Shown: positions 40,003-49,453, numbered from the stretch's first letter. The stretch: DNA of 64,000 bases from Acidobacteriota bacterium (GCA_040755995.1 JBFMAF010000032.1:1-64000); one strand, 5' to 3'. Made by a program: numbers and translations. The notes: a model not told the origin generated them from the letters alone.

Positions 40003-40890
40003 TTATCGACCGGGCGTCGATGACGCTCGCGGCGCTTCGCCGGGCATTCCGCCTCCAGCGATTCCATCAAAGAGCTCGGGCAGACGCTCTACAATCCCCG
40101 GATCCGATCGCGCATAGCTCCGGATGAGCAGTTCGCCGCCCGCGTAAAACGTGACGCGATCGAAAGGTTTCGCCAGGCCACCGGTATTTTCCTTCAAGCC
40201 GAGCCTCCGCCTGACGAGGTTCTCCAGATATCGCGCCAGCCCCTCCTTCCATTCCTCCCAGGTCATGTACTCCCAGTCGGCACGCGCGAGCTTGCCCTTC
40301 AGCCGTGCCCTCAGCTGTTCCACTCGCTGCGATTCGTTGCCGCCAAGCGCATCGAGCAGCTCTCCGTATGTTGCAGTGAACGCCTCGTCCGTGTAGGGGA
40401 AAGGGTGCTGCAGCTCCCACATGAAGTCATTCCTCTTCATCGCCTCCCTGTAGACGTCGAGCTTCTCCTTCAACTCGCGTTCGCAGGTCTCCCACTGGTA
40501 GCAGTGGACAAACTCGTGCAACACCATGACGTAGCCGTCAGGCTCGTCGAACACTTCGCCGGTGACGCAGCAGGTGGCGCGGTTGCCGTAGAAATCGAGC
40601 GGCATGGATGCCCTCAGCCCCACCTGAACTGGGAATGGCGCCGGCGCGATCCGGACCAGATTGTACCGGGATGCAGCCTCGTCCGGTTCGAATACGTGAA
40701 ACTTGCCATCCTCCGCGATTGCGATCGGACAGAGCCGATCGAACATGGGATGGACCCCGCGTACCTGCTCACGAACCGAGAACACCTTTCGCAGCGGGGC
40801 GTCGTACTTGTCGGCAATGACCGAGTCAGTTGGAGCGCCATTGAGGGCGCCACTGACGAGCAACGCGAGATGGAACAGGAGCATGAGCAC
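40003..40890 (-). CDS. Secreted hypothetical protein with HExxH zincin-like motif
   Basis: Signal peptide; LHEFVHC and downstream KEGLARY. Confidence 0.6.
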   Translation of the reverse strand: MLMLLFHLALLVSGALNGAPTDSVIADKYDAPLRKVFSVREQVRGVHPMFDRLCPIAIAEDGKFHVFEPDEAASRYNLVRIAPAPFPVQVGLRASMPLDFYGNRATCCVTGEVFDEPDGYVMVLHEFVHCYQWETCERELKEKLDVYREAMKRNDFMWELQHPFPYTDEAFTATYGELLDALGGNESQRVEQLRARLKGKLARADWEYMTWEEWKEGLARYLENLVRRRLGLKENTGGLAKPFDRVTFYAGGELLIRSYARSDPGIVERLPELFDGIAGGGMPGEAPRASSTPGR

Positions 40891-40991
40891 CGTCCTTTCC
40901 TACTCCCACAGTATCAACCTCCATCCCCATTCTGACACACAATCGTGTCGATGGAGCGAGGTGCCCGCGGTTCAACAAGCCAAGGGGACGA

Positions 40992-41027
40992 GGGCGGCCT
41001 GTGTTGCACCAGGCCGCCCCTTGTTTT
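40992..41027. terminator. Candidate intrinsic terminator hairpin
   Basis: GGGCGGCCTG-8 nt-CAGGCCGCCC followed by CTTGTTTT. Confidence 0.45.
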
Positions 41028-41064
41028 CGTCGGGCATGCGGGCGGCAGGCTCCGGCTCAGTTCG

Positions 41065-41238
41065 CTACCTGGGGGTGAAGGCCTTGATGCAGACGTTCTC
41101 CGTCCTGTCGTAAGTCGTCGTATCCACCCAGGAAGTCCCGTTTGTGCTCATGTAACTTTGCTGGGCACTCGCTTTCGCCTTGCTTGACACGCCGGCCACC
41201 TTGTATTCGATCGGGACCGGGTAGTTGTAACCAGGGGT
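41065..41238 (-). pseudogene. Orphan 3' end of a lectin-like-domain (C1A peptidase-associated) gene
   Basis: My translation TPGYNYPVPIEYKVAGVSSKAKASAQQSYMSTNGTSWVDTTTYDRTENVCIKAFTPR*; upstream in-frame TAG and no start codon before the homologous segment. Confidence 0.6.
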
Positions 41239-41577
41239 CCCGGCGGTCGCCTCTGGACGCGCCTCTGCCTGCTACCCTGGATTCTCGTACAGACGGACGG
41301 CGGCACTGTTGACAGAATCTGGCATCTCTGCGTAGAAAACGCCATCACGGGGCCACCAAGCCTACCCAACCCTCTTCCGTGCTTCTCTGCTGGGTAGAGT
41401 AGTCTGCGGCATGCTGGAAGTCAAACAGAGCGGCCCGAGAGAAATGGGCCGAGGAGGCCGCGCTGGGCCAGCACTGTGCGGCGGGTCGTCGTGTACCAGA
41501 GGCGGCCGCGGCCGGCACGAGCCACGGCTCGCCACCCGCGTACGGCAGCATGGCGCGGATGGCGGCCGTGCGTCGGA

Positions 41578-42012
41578 CTACAGGTGTTTTACAGCGGTGC
41601 CAGCGCGGGTGATTTTACCGACGACCGACGACACGACGCGCACCGGGAAGGAGACGTGGACCCGATCGTGTCTGTCTTCGACGTCGACATAGATCTTGTC
41701 GCCGCGTTTCTCGACGATGACACGGTCCTGGCCGTCTCGGACTTCCACCAGGACCGTGTCAGGGATGCGCTCCAGCTCTTTGCAGGCCGCCTCGATCAGT
41801 GGAGCGTACGGCCCGACTTCTGATGCAGCTTCTTCGAGGGCCTCGTTGGGGGCGAACATCAGACCCAGGTTGACGAACGAGACCGGCACGGGCAGCACGA
41901 TCCGCGTGCCTTCGGGGTAGTTCTCCTGTACGTCGACCCAGATGAAGCCCGGTGCGAGGGTGACGCCCGCGAGTATGATCAATCCCACCAGCAGAATGCT
42001 CTTACCTGACAT
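41578..42012 (-). CDS. Hypothetical membrane-anchored protein
   Basis: N-terminal TM; resembles the upstream neighbour. Confidence 0.7.
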   Translation of the reverse strand: MSGKSILLVGLIILAGVTLAPGFIWVDVQENYPEGTRIVLPVPVSFVNLGLMFAPNEALEEAASEVGPYAPLIEAACKELERIPDTVLVEVRDGQDRVIVEKRGDKIYVDVEDRHDRVHVSFPVRVVSSVVGKITRAGTAVKHL

Positions 42013-42044
42013 GGCTTCTCCTACTTTTTCAACGCCGGTGCGTG

Positions 42045-42614
42045 CTAGTCGATCGTGTTGCGGCCGTCGATCCAGACGCCCACGGTCTCGTGATCGCTCT
42101 CTACGCTCACAAGCTGCATGTCACCGTGTGATTGCAGGGCGCGGATCATCGACAACAGATCGATCTCGCCCTTCTCGGTGGACGTGAGGGACTCGGCGAT
42201 CGTCATGGGCAGCCGGACGTCCACCTTCTCGTGGTCGCCTCGCTTGCCGCGCACGGTGATGAGCAAGAGCCCGTTCTGCTTGGCCACCCGCACATCCTCG
42301 TCTCCCCCCTCGACCGTGACATACTCCCCATCCTGCGCATCCCGGACCGCCGCCAGTATGCCCGGAAGATCGATCTCACCATGATGGCAGCCCTGAATCC
42401 TCACTTTGCCGCCCTTCAGATCCTCGGACTGGATCAGCGGGAGCAGCTTCTCGGCCAGGCTGAGAGGCACGTTCACCTTGACGACCTCACCCTTGCCGCT
42501 CCGTTCCTCGACCTTCACGTGCAACCATTTCTCCTGGGGCGCTGCCCGCAGGATTGCGCTGGCGCAGAAAATCGCTGTTACCAGAATTGCGAGTCTTGCA
42601 ATCGGCTTGCTCAT
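42045..42614 (-). CDS. Hypothetical exported protein
   Basis: Signal peptide; internal repeat VKVNVPLSLAE / VDVRLPMTIAE; GGGAGG RBS. Confidence 0.7.
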   Translation of the reverse strand: MSKPIARLAILVTAIFCASAILRAAPQEKWLHVKVEERSGKGEVVKVNVPLSLAEKLLPLIQSEDLKGGKVRIQGCHHGEIDLPGILAAVRDAQDGEYVTVEGGDEDVRVAKQNGLLLITVRGKRGDHEKVDVRLPMTIAESLTSTEKGEIDLLSMIRALQSHGDMQLVSVESDHETVGVWIDGRNTID

Positions 42615-43071
42615 TATCTCAGCCTCCCATCGTGATTCGGACTACACCCATAAGAACGATCTTCGCAGGCAAAATGTTCCCCACGGGGCGCCGGCTACGC
42701 CCCTTGAGCGATGTACCATGCGACATTGCGTCGGCAGCGCCCCGCGGAGAGATTGGAGAGTGGCTGTGACGCGGTCGGCTGCCGGTTTTCGGCCCAGGGA
42801 GCCTCGCTCACTCGAAAGAAGCTGGCGATGACTACTGCCCACTCGTGAGTTGCGCCTGTACTCCGGTCTCGAGTCGATACCGCCTCGGGAGATCTGGATC
42901 GTAGACAGGGCAGTGCCGGACCAGCTTCTCAACGCACCAACCGATCAGCGCGCACACGAACGAACAGGTGGACGGGTTGCTCAAGATTCTGTCAAGATTC
43001 AGCTCGCGAACGGCGACGGCCATGGAACAAGACAAGATTCCGAGGTCGAGAACATCGGCAGCTTCGCGGAA

Positions 43072-43215
43072 TCACGAGCGTTCCGCACGAATGCGATCGA
43101 GGCAGCACTTCTTGAATTTCTTTCCTGACCCGCAAGGACATGGGTCGTTGCGCCCGACCGGGCGCGTGACTGGTGTGGGTGTCGCGGCTGACTTGCGGCT
43201 CAGCCTGATGATCTC
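43072..43215 (-). pseudogene. SEC-C metal-binding motif fragment overlapping the rtcB 3' end
   Basis: [19 protein letters not shown] in a frame different from rtcB, with no credible own start. Confidence 0.65.
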
Positions 43216-44609
43216 GCCGCCGGCTTCTCGCCCGCCGGGGCCATCTTGACCAGACGGGGATCGAAGCGCGCGACTGCCATCACCAGGTCCGCCTGGGCGG
43301 CCATCACATCGTCGATGTTCTTGTACGCCATCGGAGCCTCGTCGATCCCCGCCGAGAGCACAGTCACACCGCGATCGGCGAGGATTGCGCGGGCATCCTT
43401 CCACGTGAACTGCTCCCGGGCTGCGGTGCGGCTCATCCTCCTGCCCGCGCCATGTGATGCGGAATCGAGCGAATCGGGATTGCCCGCGCCGCGCACGACG
43501 TAGCCGGCCGTGGCCATCGATCCGGGGATGATCCCGAGTACCCCTCGCCCGGCCGGTGTCGCTCCCTTTCGGTGAACGATCACTTCCTGGCCGCCGTGGG
43601 TCTCCTTCCACGCGAAGTTGTGATGGTTCTCGATATCGAGCAAGACGGCGGCGCCGAGATGCCGCGCGACATACCGGTGGATCAGCTGGTGGTTGGCCGC
43701 AGCATACCGGCCCATCAGCTCCATGGCCACCCAGTACTCCTGACCCGTCTCGCTGTCGAGATCCAGCCAGGCCAGATAAGCGAGCTCGCGTGGAAGCTCA
43801 GGGTGCGCCGCCATCGCCGCCCTGCTGTAGTACTCGGCAACCGACGATCCAGCGCCGCGGCTGCCGCTGTGACTGAGTAGAGCCACGTACGACCCCGCCC
43901 TCAGACCGAGATCGTCGGCCGAAAGCGCCAGCGTGCCGAACTCGACGAAGTGGTTGCCGCTGCCGCTTGTCCCCAGTTGGCTCCAGGCCTTGTCCTTCAG
44001 ATGCGCCGTCAACTTCGTGACCGACCAGTCCTCGTCCATGACGGCGTGTACCCGCCGCTTCTTGAAAATTGCACCGACCCCAAACTGGGTCTCATCTTCG
44101 ATCGCTCTCGCCAGGCGGTCCTGACGCCGGTCCAGCTCGCTCACCGGCAGGTCCAGAACCGTCATCTTCATCCGGCATGCGATATCGACTCCGACGGCGT
44201 ACGGAATCACGGCGTTCTTCGTTGCGAGCACGCCGCCGATCGGGAGGCCGTATCCCTGGTGAGCGTCCGGCATCAGCGCGCCCACAACCGATACCGGCAG
44301 CCAGCACGCGTTCCGCATCTGCGTGAGCGCCTGCTCGTCCAGCCCGCTCCCCCACTGCACGAACCGCGCGGGGCTCGCGCGCTCCTGGAAGCGCAGGCCG
44401 GACTCCCTGTAGTCGACCAGAGCGGATGCGAGCGCGCCGAACCGGGCGTCGCTGCTATAGTCAATTGGGCGTTCTACCAGCGCGCGGATCGCGGCTCTCA
44501 CAGAATCCTTGTCCAACCCAGCGTCTCGGGCGGCAATCACAGCCCGTATGGCAAGCTGCATCGTCTCGCCTCTCGGGATACCGAGGTTCTCCAACTCCCG
44601 CGGCTTCAT
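43200..44609 (-). CDS. rtcB: RNA-splicing/repair ligase RtcB
   Basis: [61 protein letters not shown]. Confidence 0.96.
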   Translation of the reverse strand: MKPRELENLGIPRGETMQLAIRAVIAARDAGLDKDSVRAAIRALVERPIDYSSDARFGALASALVDYRESGLRFQERASPARFVQWGSGLDEQALTQMRNACWLPVSVVGALMPDAHQGYGLPIGGVLATKNAVIPYAVGVDIACRMKMTVLDLPVSELDRRQDRLARAIEDETQFGVGAIFKKRRVHAVMDEDWSVTKLTAHLKDKAWSQLGTSGSGNHFVEFGTLALSADDLGLRAGSYVALLSHSGSRGAGSSVAEYYSRAAMAAHPELPRELAYLAWLDLDSETGQEYWVAMELMGRYAAANHQLIHRYVARHLGAAVLLDIENHHNFAWKETHGGQEVIVHRKGATPAGRGVLGIIPGSMATAGYVVRGAGNPDSLDSASHGAGRRMSRTAAREQFTWKDARAILADRGVTVLSAGIDEAPMAYKNIDDVMAAQADLVMAVARFDPRLVKMAPAGEKPAARSSG

Positions 44610-44610
44610 C

Positions 44611-45633
44611 TCACCTCCCGCCGATCTCTACTTCACACACAGCTGGAGCGACAGGCGAGACCGTGATCTCCACGTCCAGAAACCGCCTCACGATCTCGAT
44701 GTTGGTAGTCGTGTGGCGCGTGAGCTCGAGCGTTCGGAAGCAGCCGCCGCCGGCGAGCGCCATCGGGATCAAGAGCTGATCCGCGAGATGACGGCCGACA
44801 GGGACGCCGGCAGCAAGGTACTCCCGGACCTCCCGCACGACATCGCCCGCCACGGTTTCCGCCGGTTGCCCTTTTTCGCCAAACCCCGTGAACAGCTCGG
44901 TGACATGCTCGGATTCGATCTCGATCGTGAAGACGTTGCCTGGGCCGATCGATTCATCTACCTCGGTCACCTGGTAGCATTCACGCGGCCATGAGAGCTT
45001 TTCCTGCGCTACGCGCAGCTCGCGCTCGCCTATCGACCGCGGCAGCATCGCGACAGCAGCCCGTGCCATGCGCCGCCGGATCTCACCGCGCTCGGTCAGA
45101 TCCACTCTCGTCAGCTTGCCGCCCGGCTGCACGCTGACCCTCATCCTGCCTCCGCCTGCCGGGTAGAACCCGGGTCTCTCCAACGACGCGTCGACTCGGG
45201 CCCCCATCCGGTTCACGATCGGCAGGAATGCCTTGGCCAGGAAGTCGAACGGGGGCGCAAACGGATTGTGTGTGCCGCCTTCGAGCAGAATGTCGGAGGC
45301 TCCACCCGCAACGAGCAGCGCCGGCAAGACCGTCTGCAGCACGAGCGTGCAGCTGCCGGCTGTCCCGACCGCGAAGTGGAAATCACCGGATCGAGTCCTG
45401 GACGGCGCGAAGGTGAGCTGCATGGAGCCGATGGCGTCTCCTTCGACATCTGCGCCGCCGACCTCGGCCGCCGCCCGCACCGCAGTCAAGTGCTGGCGCA
45501 TCAGACCGGGCTTCTTCCGACCCGCCCGGATGCGCTCGATCTTGAACGGCTTCCCGGTCACGAGCGAGAGCGCGAGCGACGTGCGCAGGATCTGGCCGCC
45601 GCCTTCGCCCGCGGAACCGTCAATCGTCATCAT
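44611..45633 (-). CDS. rtcA: RNA 3'-terminal phosphate cyclase
   Basis: IDGSAGEGGGQILRT, PGLMRQH, GGTHN, GFYPAGGG, HLADQL, HTTTN; GGAGGAG RBS before ATG 45633. Confidence 0.96.
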   Translation of the reverse strand: MMTIDGSAGEGGGQILRTSLALSLVTGKPFKIERIRAGRKKPGLMRQHLTAVRAAAEVGGADVEGDAIGSMQLTFAPSRTRSGDFHFAVGTAGSCTLVLQTVLPALLVAGGASDILLEGGTHNPFAPPFDFLAKAFLPIVNRMGARVDASLERPGFYPAGGGRMRVSVQPGGKLTRVDLTERGEIRRRMARAAVAMLPRSIGERELRVAQEKLSWPRECYQVTEVDESIGPGNVFTIEIESEHVTELFTGFGEKGQPAETVAGDVVREVREYLAAGVPVGRHLADQLLIPMALAGGGCFRTLELTRHTTTNIEIVRRFLDVEITVSPVAPAVCEVEIGGR

Positions 45634-45724
45634 TGCGTGCGCTCCTCCCCGATGTGTCCTGCTGGGGGCTTCAGGCGTCCCTCGCAGCCCTGTGACACTG
45701 AGTGAATCTATGCGATTCCCCATT

Positions 45725-45853
45725 GCGGCGACAAGTGTTGGTGAAACGCGTGCTCTGCCCGTTGAGCTACGGCCCCGCGATCGGTGGAGCCGGCGGGATT
45801 CGAACCCGCAACCACGTCGTCCAAAGCGATGTAATTCCACCGGCATTCGCCAC
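45725..45853 (-). ncRNA. yrlA: YrlA-type bacterial Y RNA (tRNA mimic)
   Basis: 5' GTGGCGAATGCCGGTG pairs with 3' CACCAACACTTGTCGCCGC; internal T arm GCGGG-TTCGAAT-CCCGC, acceptor-like stem GGCTCC/GGGGCC and D arm GCTC-AACGGGCA-GAGC in permuted order; downstream of rsr. Confidence 0.88.
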
Positions 45854-45911
45854 GATACCTCAGTTGCCATGCGTCGGTTGTCAGTTGTTAACCCTTCACA
45901 CTACCCGAAAT

Positions 45912-46004
45912 GTGGCGACAAGAGGTGGTGAGAGTTCCTGCGCGCATTTCGCGCGTGGGCTTCGAACCCGCCAGGTACCATGTACTCCCACCGGCATTCG
46001 CCAC
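45912..46004 (-). ncRNA. Second, shorter Y RNA (YrlB-like)
   Basis: Same terminal stem GTGGCGAATGCCGGTG / CACCACCTCTTGTCGCCAC; keeps GGG-TTCGAAG-CCC, lacks a D arm. Confidence 0.8.
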
Positions 46005-46041
46005 GATAGCTAGTTGTCAGTTGTGGGTTGTCAGAGGATCC

Positions 46042-47595
46042 TCATAGCTCCACCTGCTCGATTACTCCCACCCAGTGATCAGCCTTCAGCTTGCCGTCGG
46101 CGAACAGCTTCACGATCTCGAAAACGCGGTCCGAGAAACCGCCGACGTTCAGAATGTCCTCACGCTCGCAGGCCTGGGTCGTGCCGTACGGCTGGATGTC
46201 GATGCAGACCAGCCTGGCCGAAGGGTTCAGCTTCTTGAACCGGTTCCACTCGCGCATCGTCGCCGTCCCACGGCCGATACCGGCATCCACCCACGACTGG
46301 TTGTCCGAGATGAATATGACCAGATCACCTCGAGCCCTCTCGCCGTTCAGGCGCCGCAGCGGAGCGCTGCAGTTGGTGCCGCCGCCGCCGATGCCGCCGA
46401 GCTTCTGCGCGTTGGTCATGACGCTGTCCCGCGGATTGAATCGAAACGGAACCACGTTATGCTCGAAGGGAAGCACCTGCGCAGTCGGGTTCTTGCGGAC
46501 GATCGCCGCCGCGACCAGCGCGGCAACATCGATGCAACGGACGGCGCTGGTGGCGCCTTTGCGGTGGCCGGTGACGGAGGATCCCATCGAGCCCGAGACG
46601 TCCGGGCAGACAATAACTCTGCCTTCTACCCGAGGGACGTTCTCGATCGCGATCTCCATCGCATCCTGCAGGGCTTCACGAATCTCAGCCGGCACACCCT
46701 TCCTCGCCGCCTGGCACCCCATCAGCAGCTGGTACGGAAAGGCCCGCGCCTTTCTTATCGCATCGCGATCCCGCAAGCGGTCGGCCACGAAAGCGACCAT
46801 CTCGCGATCGGCAAACACGCCGTGACGGACGAACGTGTTCAGGTTCATGCGCGTCATCTGCCAGCCGCCCTGTCTTGCGATCTGAGTCCACTCGCGCCGG
46901 CCGAGGCTCAACCCCGTCAGCATCTCGAACGGGACATCCGGCGCCTCTCCTCGGGGATCGGCCTTGAACTCCTCGAACCTGCGTACGACCTCCGGCAGAG
47001 CCGTCGTGTCGACCTGGCGCCCGATCATGTAGCCATAGAGCGCCTCTCGACTCTTCGTCCTCGGCTTCGGATGGACCATCTTCACGATATCGGCCAGCGA
47101 CGGGTCGTTGCCGACGCAGGCTCGAAAGACCGCCTCGTCCTCCCGCGCATCCAGCCAGTCACGCACGAGACGGCGCGGGAGCGTGCCCAGCGACTTGCGA
47201 CCCGCAACGCCGGACCGAATGATCTGTACGAAGTTGCGGAGCATCTTGCCGTTGTCGATGACCCGTTCGAAGACGCGGCCGAGCAGCTCCGGGGACCTGC
47301 TCGCAAGCACGGCACACAGGAGCGCCGGCATGTCCTTCATCGCCCCCTGCTCGCGCGCGTACACGGCCGTGCGGGCGACGAACTCCGCCGGGACCTTCGC
47401 GCAGAGGCTGCGAACGGTGTCCAGCTGCTCGCCGGCCGTAGCATAGAACGTCCGGTTCAGACAGCCCGTCGCAGTGTACTGCGCCAGCGCCTGCTGCGGA
47501 GTGAATGCGTAGGCCGGCGCCAATTCCTCGTTGACCGCCGTCGTCTCCCCGATCAACTTGCCCACCAGGCTCTTGAACAGCGTCTTGTTGGCCAT
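46042..47595 (-). CDS. rsr: Ro60/Rsr RNA-binding protein (TROVE + vWA)
   Basis: LAQYTATGCLNRTFY, MKDMPALL, WQMTRMNLNTF, FPYQL, MIDAS DVSGSM, GGGTNC, SDNQSW. Confidence 0.93.
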   Translation of the reverse strand: MANKTLFKSLVGKLIGETTAVNEELAPAYAFTPQQALAQYTATGCLNRTFYATAGEQLDTVRSLCAKVPAEFVARTAVYAREQGAMKDMPALLCAVLASRSPELLGRVFERVIDNGKMLRNFVQIIRSGVAGRKSLGTLPRRLVRDWLDAREDEAVFRACVGNDPSLADIVKMVHPKPRTKSREALYGYMIGRQVDTTALPEVVRRFEEFKADPRGEAPDVPFEMLTGLSLGRREWTQIARQGGWQMTRMNLNTFVRHGVFADREMVAFVADRLRDRDAIRKARAFPYQLLMGCQAARKGVPAEIREALQDAMEIAIENVPRVEGRVIVCPDVSGSMGSSVTGHRKGATSAVRCIDVAALVAAAIVRKNPTAQVLPFEHNVVPFRFNPRDSVMTNAQKLGGIGGGGTNCSAPLRRLNGERARGDLVIFISDNQSWVDAGIGRGTATMREWNRFKKLNPSARLVCIDIQPYGTTQACEREDILNVGGFSDRVFEIVKLFADGKLKADHWVGVIEQVEL

Positions 47596-47624
47596 CTCTC
47601 TTCTCCTGCTCGTTCATTCACCAC

Positions 47625-47640
47625 TGCATGGACCGTGCCA
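47625..47640 (-). promoter_or_regulatory. Sigma54 (-24/-12) promoter of the rsr-yrl-rtcA-rtcB operon
   Basis: Minus strand TGGCACGGTCCATGCA = GG-N10-GC, about 30 bp upstream of rsr. Confidence 0.85.
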
Positions 47641-47729
47641 GCCGCAGCCGCATGACGGGGCTGTCCCGCAAAGGCCCGATTCTCAACGAGCTCCGGCTGG
47701 GCGGGCTCGCGTGGGGTTGAGAACACACC

Positions 47730-47763
47730 TATTCCATAGTATAATTCCTTATAGAGATGGATA
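47730..47763. promoter_or_regulatory. Candidate RtcR upstream activator sequence
   Basis: AT-rich imperfect inverted repeat TAT-N7-TATAA-N4-TTATA-N7-ATA about 100 bp upstream of the sigma54 promoter, overlapping the rtcR start. Confidence 0.5.
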
Positions 47764-49373
47764 AAGTGACCAAACGAACCGTTCTTCTCGGGCTGCTCGG
47801 GCCGGTGCTCGACCGGAGCCAGGGGGCGACCCGCTGGGAGCTCTGGCGACCGTCGGTGGCCGCCTGCCAGCACGAGGATCTGCTGGTCGACCGCTTCGAG
47901 CTTCTCTATCAGCGACGCTACGAGAAGCTCGCGAAGGTCGTGGCGCAGGACGTCGGGTCCGTATCTCCGGAGACGCAGGTGCGCCTGCACATGGTGGATT
48001 TCGAGAACCCTTGGGATTTCGTCGAGGTCTACGGTGTGCTGCACGATTTCGCGAAGCACTATGTCTTTGATCCGGATCGCGAAGAGTACTTGATCCACAT
48101 CACGACCGGAACGCACGTGGCCCAGATCTGCATGTTCCTGCTGACCGAGTCGCGCTACTTCCCGGCAAAGCTCATCCAGACCAGCCCGCCCAAGCGCCCC
48201 GAGAAGGGCGGCCCGGGCGAATACTCGATCATAGATCTGGATCTGTCCAAGTACGACCAGATCGCAATGCGGTTCCGGATGGAGGCGCGAGACGACATCT
48301 CCATACTGAAGTCCGGCATCGAGACTCGCAATCGAGCCTTCAACGCCCTCATGGAACAGATCGAGCACGTCGCGGTCAGCTCCTCTGACCCGATTCTCCT
48401 GACGGGACAGACAGGGGCCGGGAAGAGTCACCTGGCCAGGCGCATCTTCGAGGTCAAGAAGGTCCGGCGCAAGCCGGAGGGCGAATTCGTGGAGGTCAAC
48501 TGCGCGACGATCCGCGGCGATGCCGCCATGAGCGCGCTGTTCGGCCACAAGAGAGGCTCCTTCACCGGGGCCGTGCAGGACCGCGCGGGCCTGCTTCGGG
48601 CCGCAGACCGCGGCATGCTCTTCCTGGACGAGGTGGGCGAGCTCGGGCCGGACGAGCAGGCGATGCTGCTGAGGGCGGTCGAGGAGAAACGGTTTCTCCC
48701 GGTCGGAGCTGATCGCGAAGCCGAGAGCCGGTTTCAGTTGATCTGCGGCTCGAACCGCGATCTGCAGGCCGAGGTGGCTCGCGGCCGCTTCCGCGAGGAT
48801 CTCCTCGCACGAATCGACCTCTGGACGTTTCGCCTGCCGGGGTTGCGGGAGCGGCCGGAGGACATCGAGCCGAATCTGCGCTACGAGCTGGACCGGTTCG
48901 CCGAGAGAAACGGCGCGCGCGTGACGTTCAACAAGGAGGCGCTCGGCCGTTTCCTGGAGTTCGCCACCTCGCCGGAGGCCAGCTGGACCGCCAACTTCAG
49001 AGACCTGAACGGTGCCGTGGCTCGCATGGCAACGCTCGCCCCGGGCGGAAGGATCACGCCGGGGGTAGTCGAGACCGAAATCGTCCGGCTGCGTAGATCC
49101 TGGCGAAGCATAGAACCACCGTCCGGCGACTCAATCCTGACCGACGTGCTCGGGCCTAAACGCGCATCCCAGATCGATCTCTTCGACCAGGTTCAGCTCT
49201 GCGAGGTTCTCAGGCTCTGCCGCCGAAGCCGCACCCTGTCGGAGGCGGGTAGAAGCCTCTTCAACGTCTCACGTCATAAGAAGAGGTCCGTCAACGACGC
49301 CGACCGGCTCAGGAAATACCTGGAACGGTTCGGGCTGAGCTGGGAGGACGTGACGTTCGATCGCGGCGCTTGA
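47757..49373 (+). CDS. rtcR: Sigma54-dependent RNA repair activator RtcR
   Basis: N-terminal RWELWRPSV...NPWDF...HITTGTHVAQIC (CARF-like); AAA+ GQTGAGKS, GSFTGA, FLDEVG; NDADRLRKYL tail. Confidence 0.95.
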   Translation: MDKVTKRTVLLGLLGPVLDRSQGATRWELWRPSVAACQHEDLLVDRFELLYQRRYEKLAKVVAQDVGSVSPETQVRLHMVDFENPWDFVEVYGVLHDFAKHYVFDPDREEYLIHITTGTHVAQICMFLLTESRYFPAKLIQTSPPKRPEKGGPGEYSIIDLDLSKYDQIAMRFRMEARDDISILKSGIETRNRAFNALMEQIEHVAVSSSDPILLTGQTGAGKSHLARRIFEVKKVRRKPEGEFVEVNCATIRGDAAMSALFGHKRGSFTGAVQDRAGLLRAADRGMLFLDEVGELGPDEQAMLLRAVEEKRFLPVGADREAESRFQLICGSNRDLQAEVARGRFREDLLARIDLWTFRLPGLRERPEDIEPNLRYELDRFAERNGARVTFNKEALGRFLEFATSPEASWTANFRDLNGAVARMATLAPGGRITPGVVETEIVRLRRSWRSIEPPSGDSILTDVLGPKRASQIDLFDQVQLCEVLRLCRRSRTLSEAGRSLFNVSRHKKRSVNDADRLRKYLERFGLSWEDVTFDRGA

Positions 49374-49453
49374 GAGAGGCGATTCATGGCCTGGGCACGG
49401 ACCGAGATCCGTGCAATCGGGCCGGCACTGAGAGCCCTCGCCGCACCGCGTCG

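Noticed and set aside
42832..43128. Short ORFs on both strands downstream of the SEC-C fragment
   Set aside because: No recognisable motifs or RBS; cannot choose a coding strand
45750..45815. Canonical tRNA gene (T-loop and D-arm signatures)
   Set aside because: The arms are in permuted order with no anticodon arm and no free 3' acceptor end; a YrlA Y RNA explains it better
45725..46008. Mini CRISPR array (repeated CCACCGGCATTCGCCACGATA)
   Set aside because: Only two copies, the intervening sequence is structured RNA, and there are no cas genes
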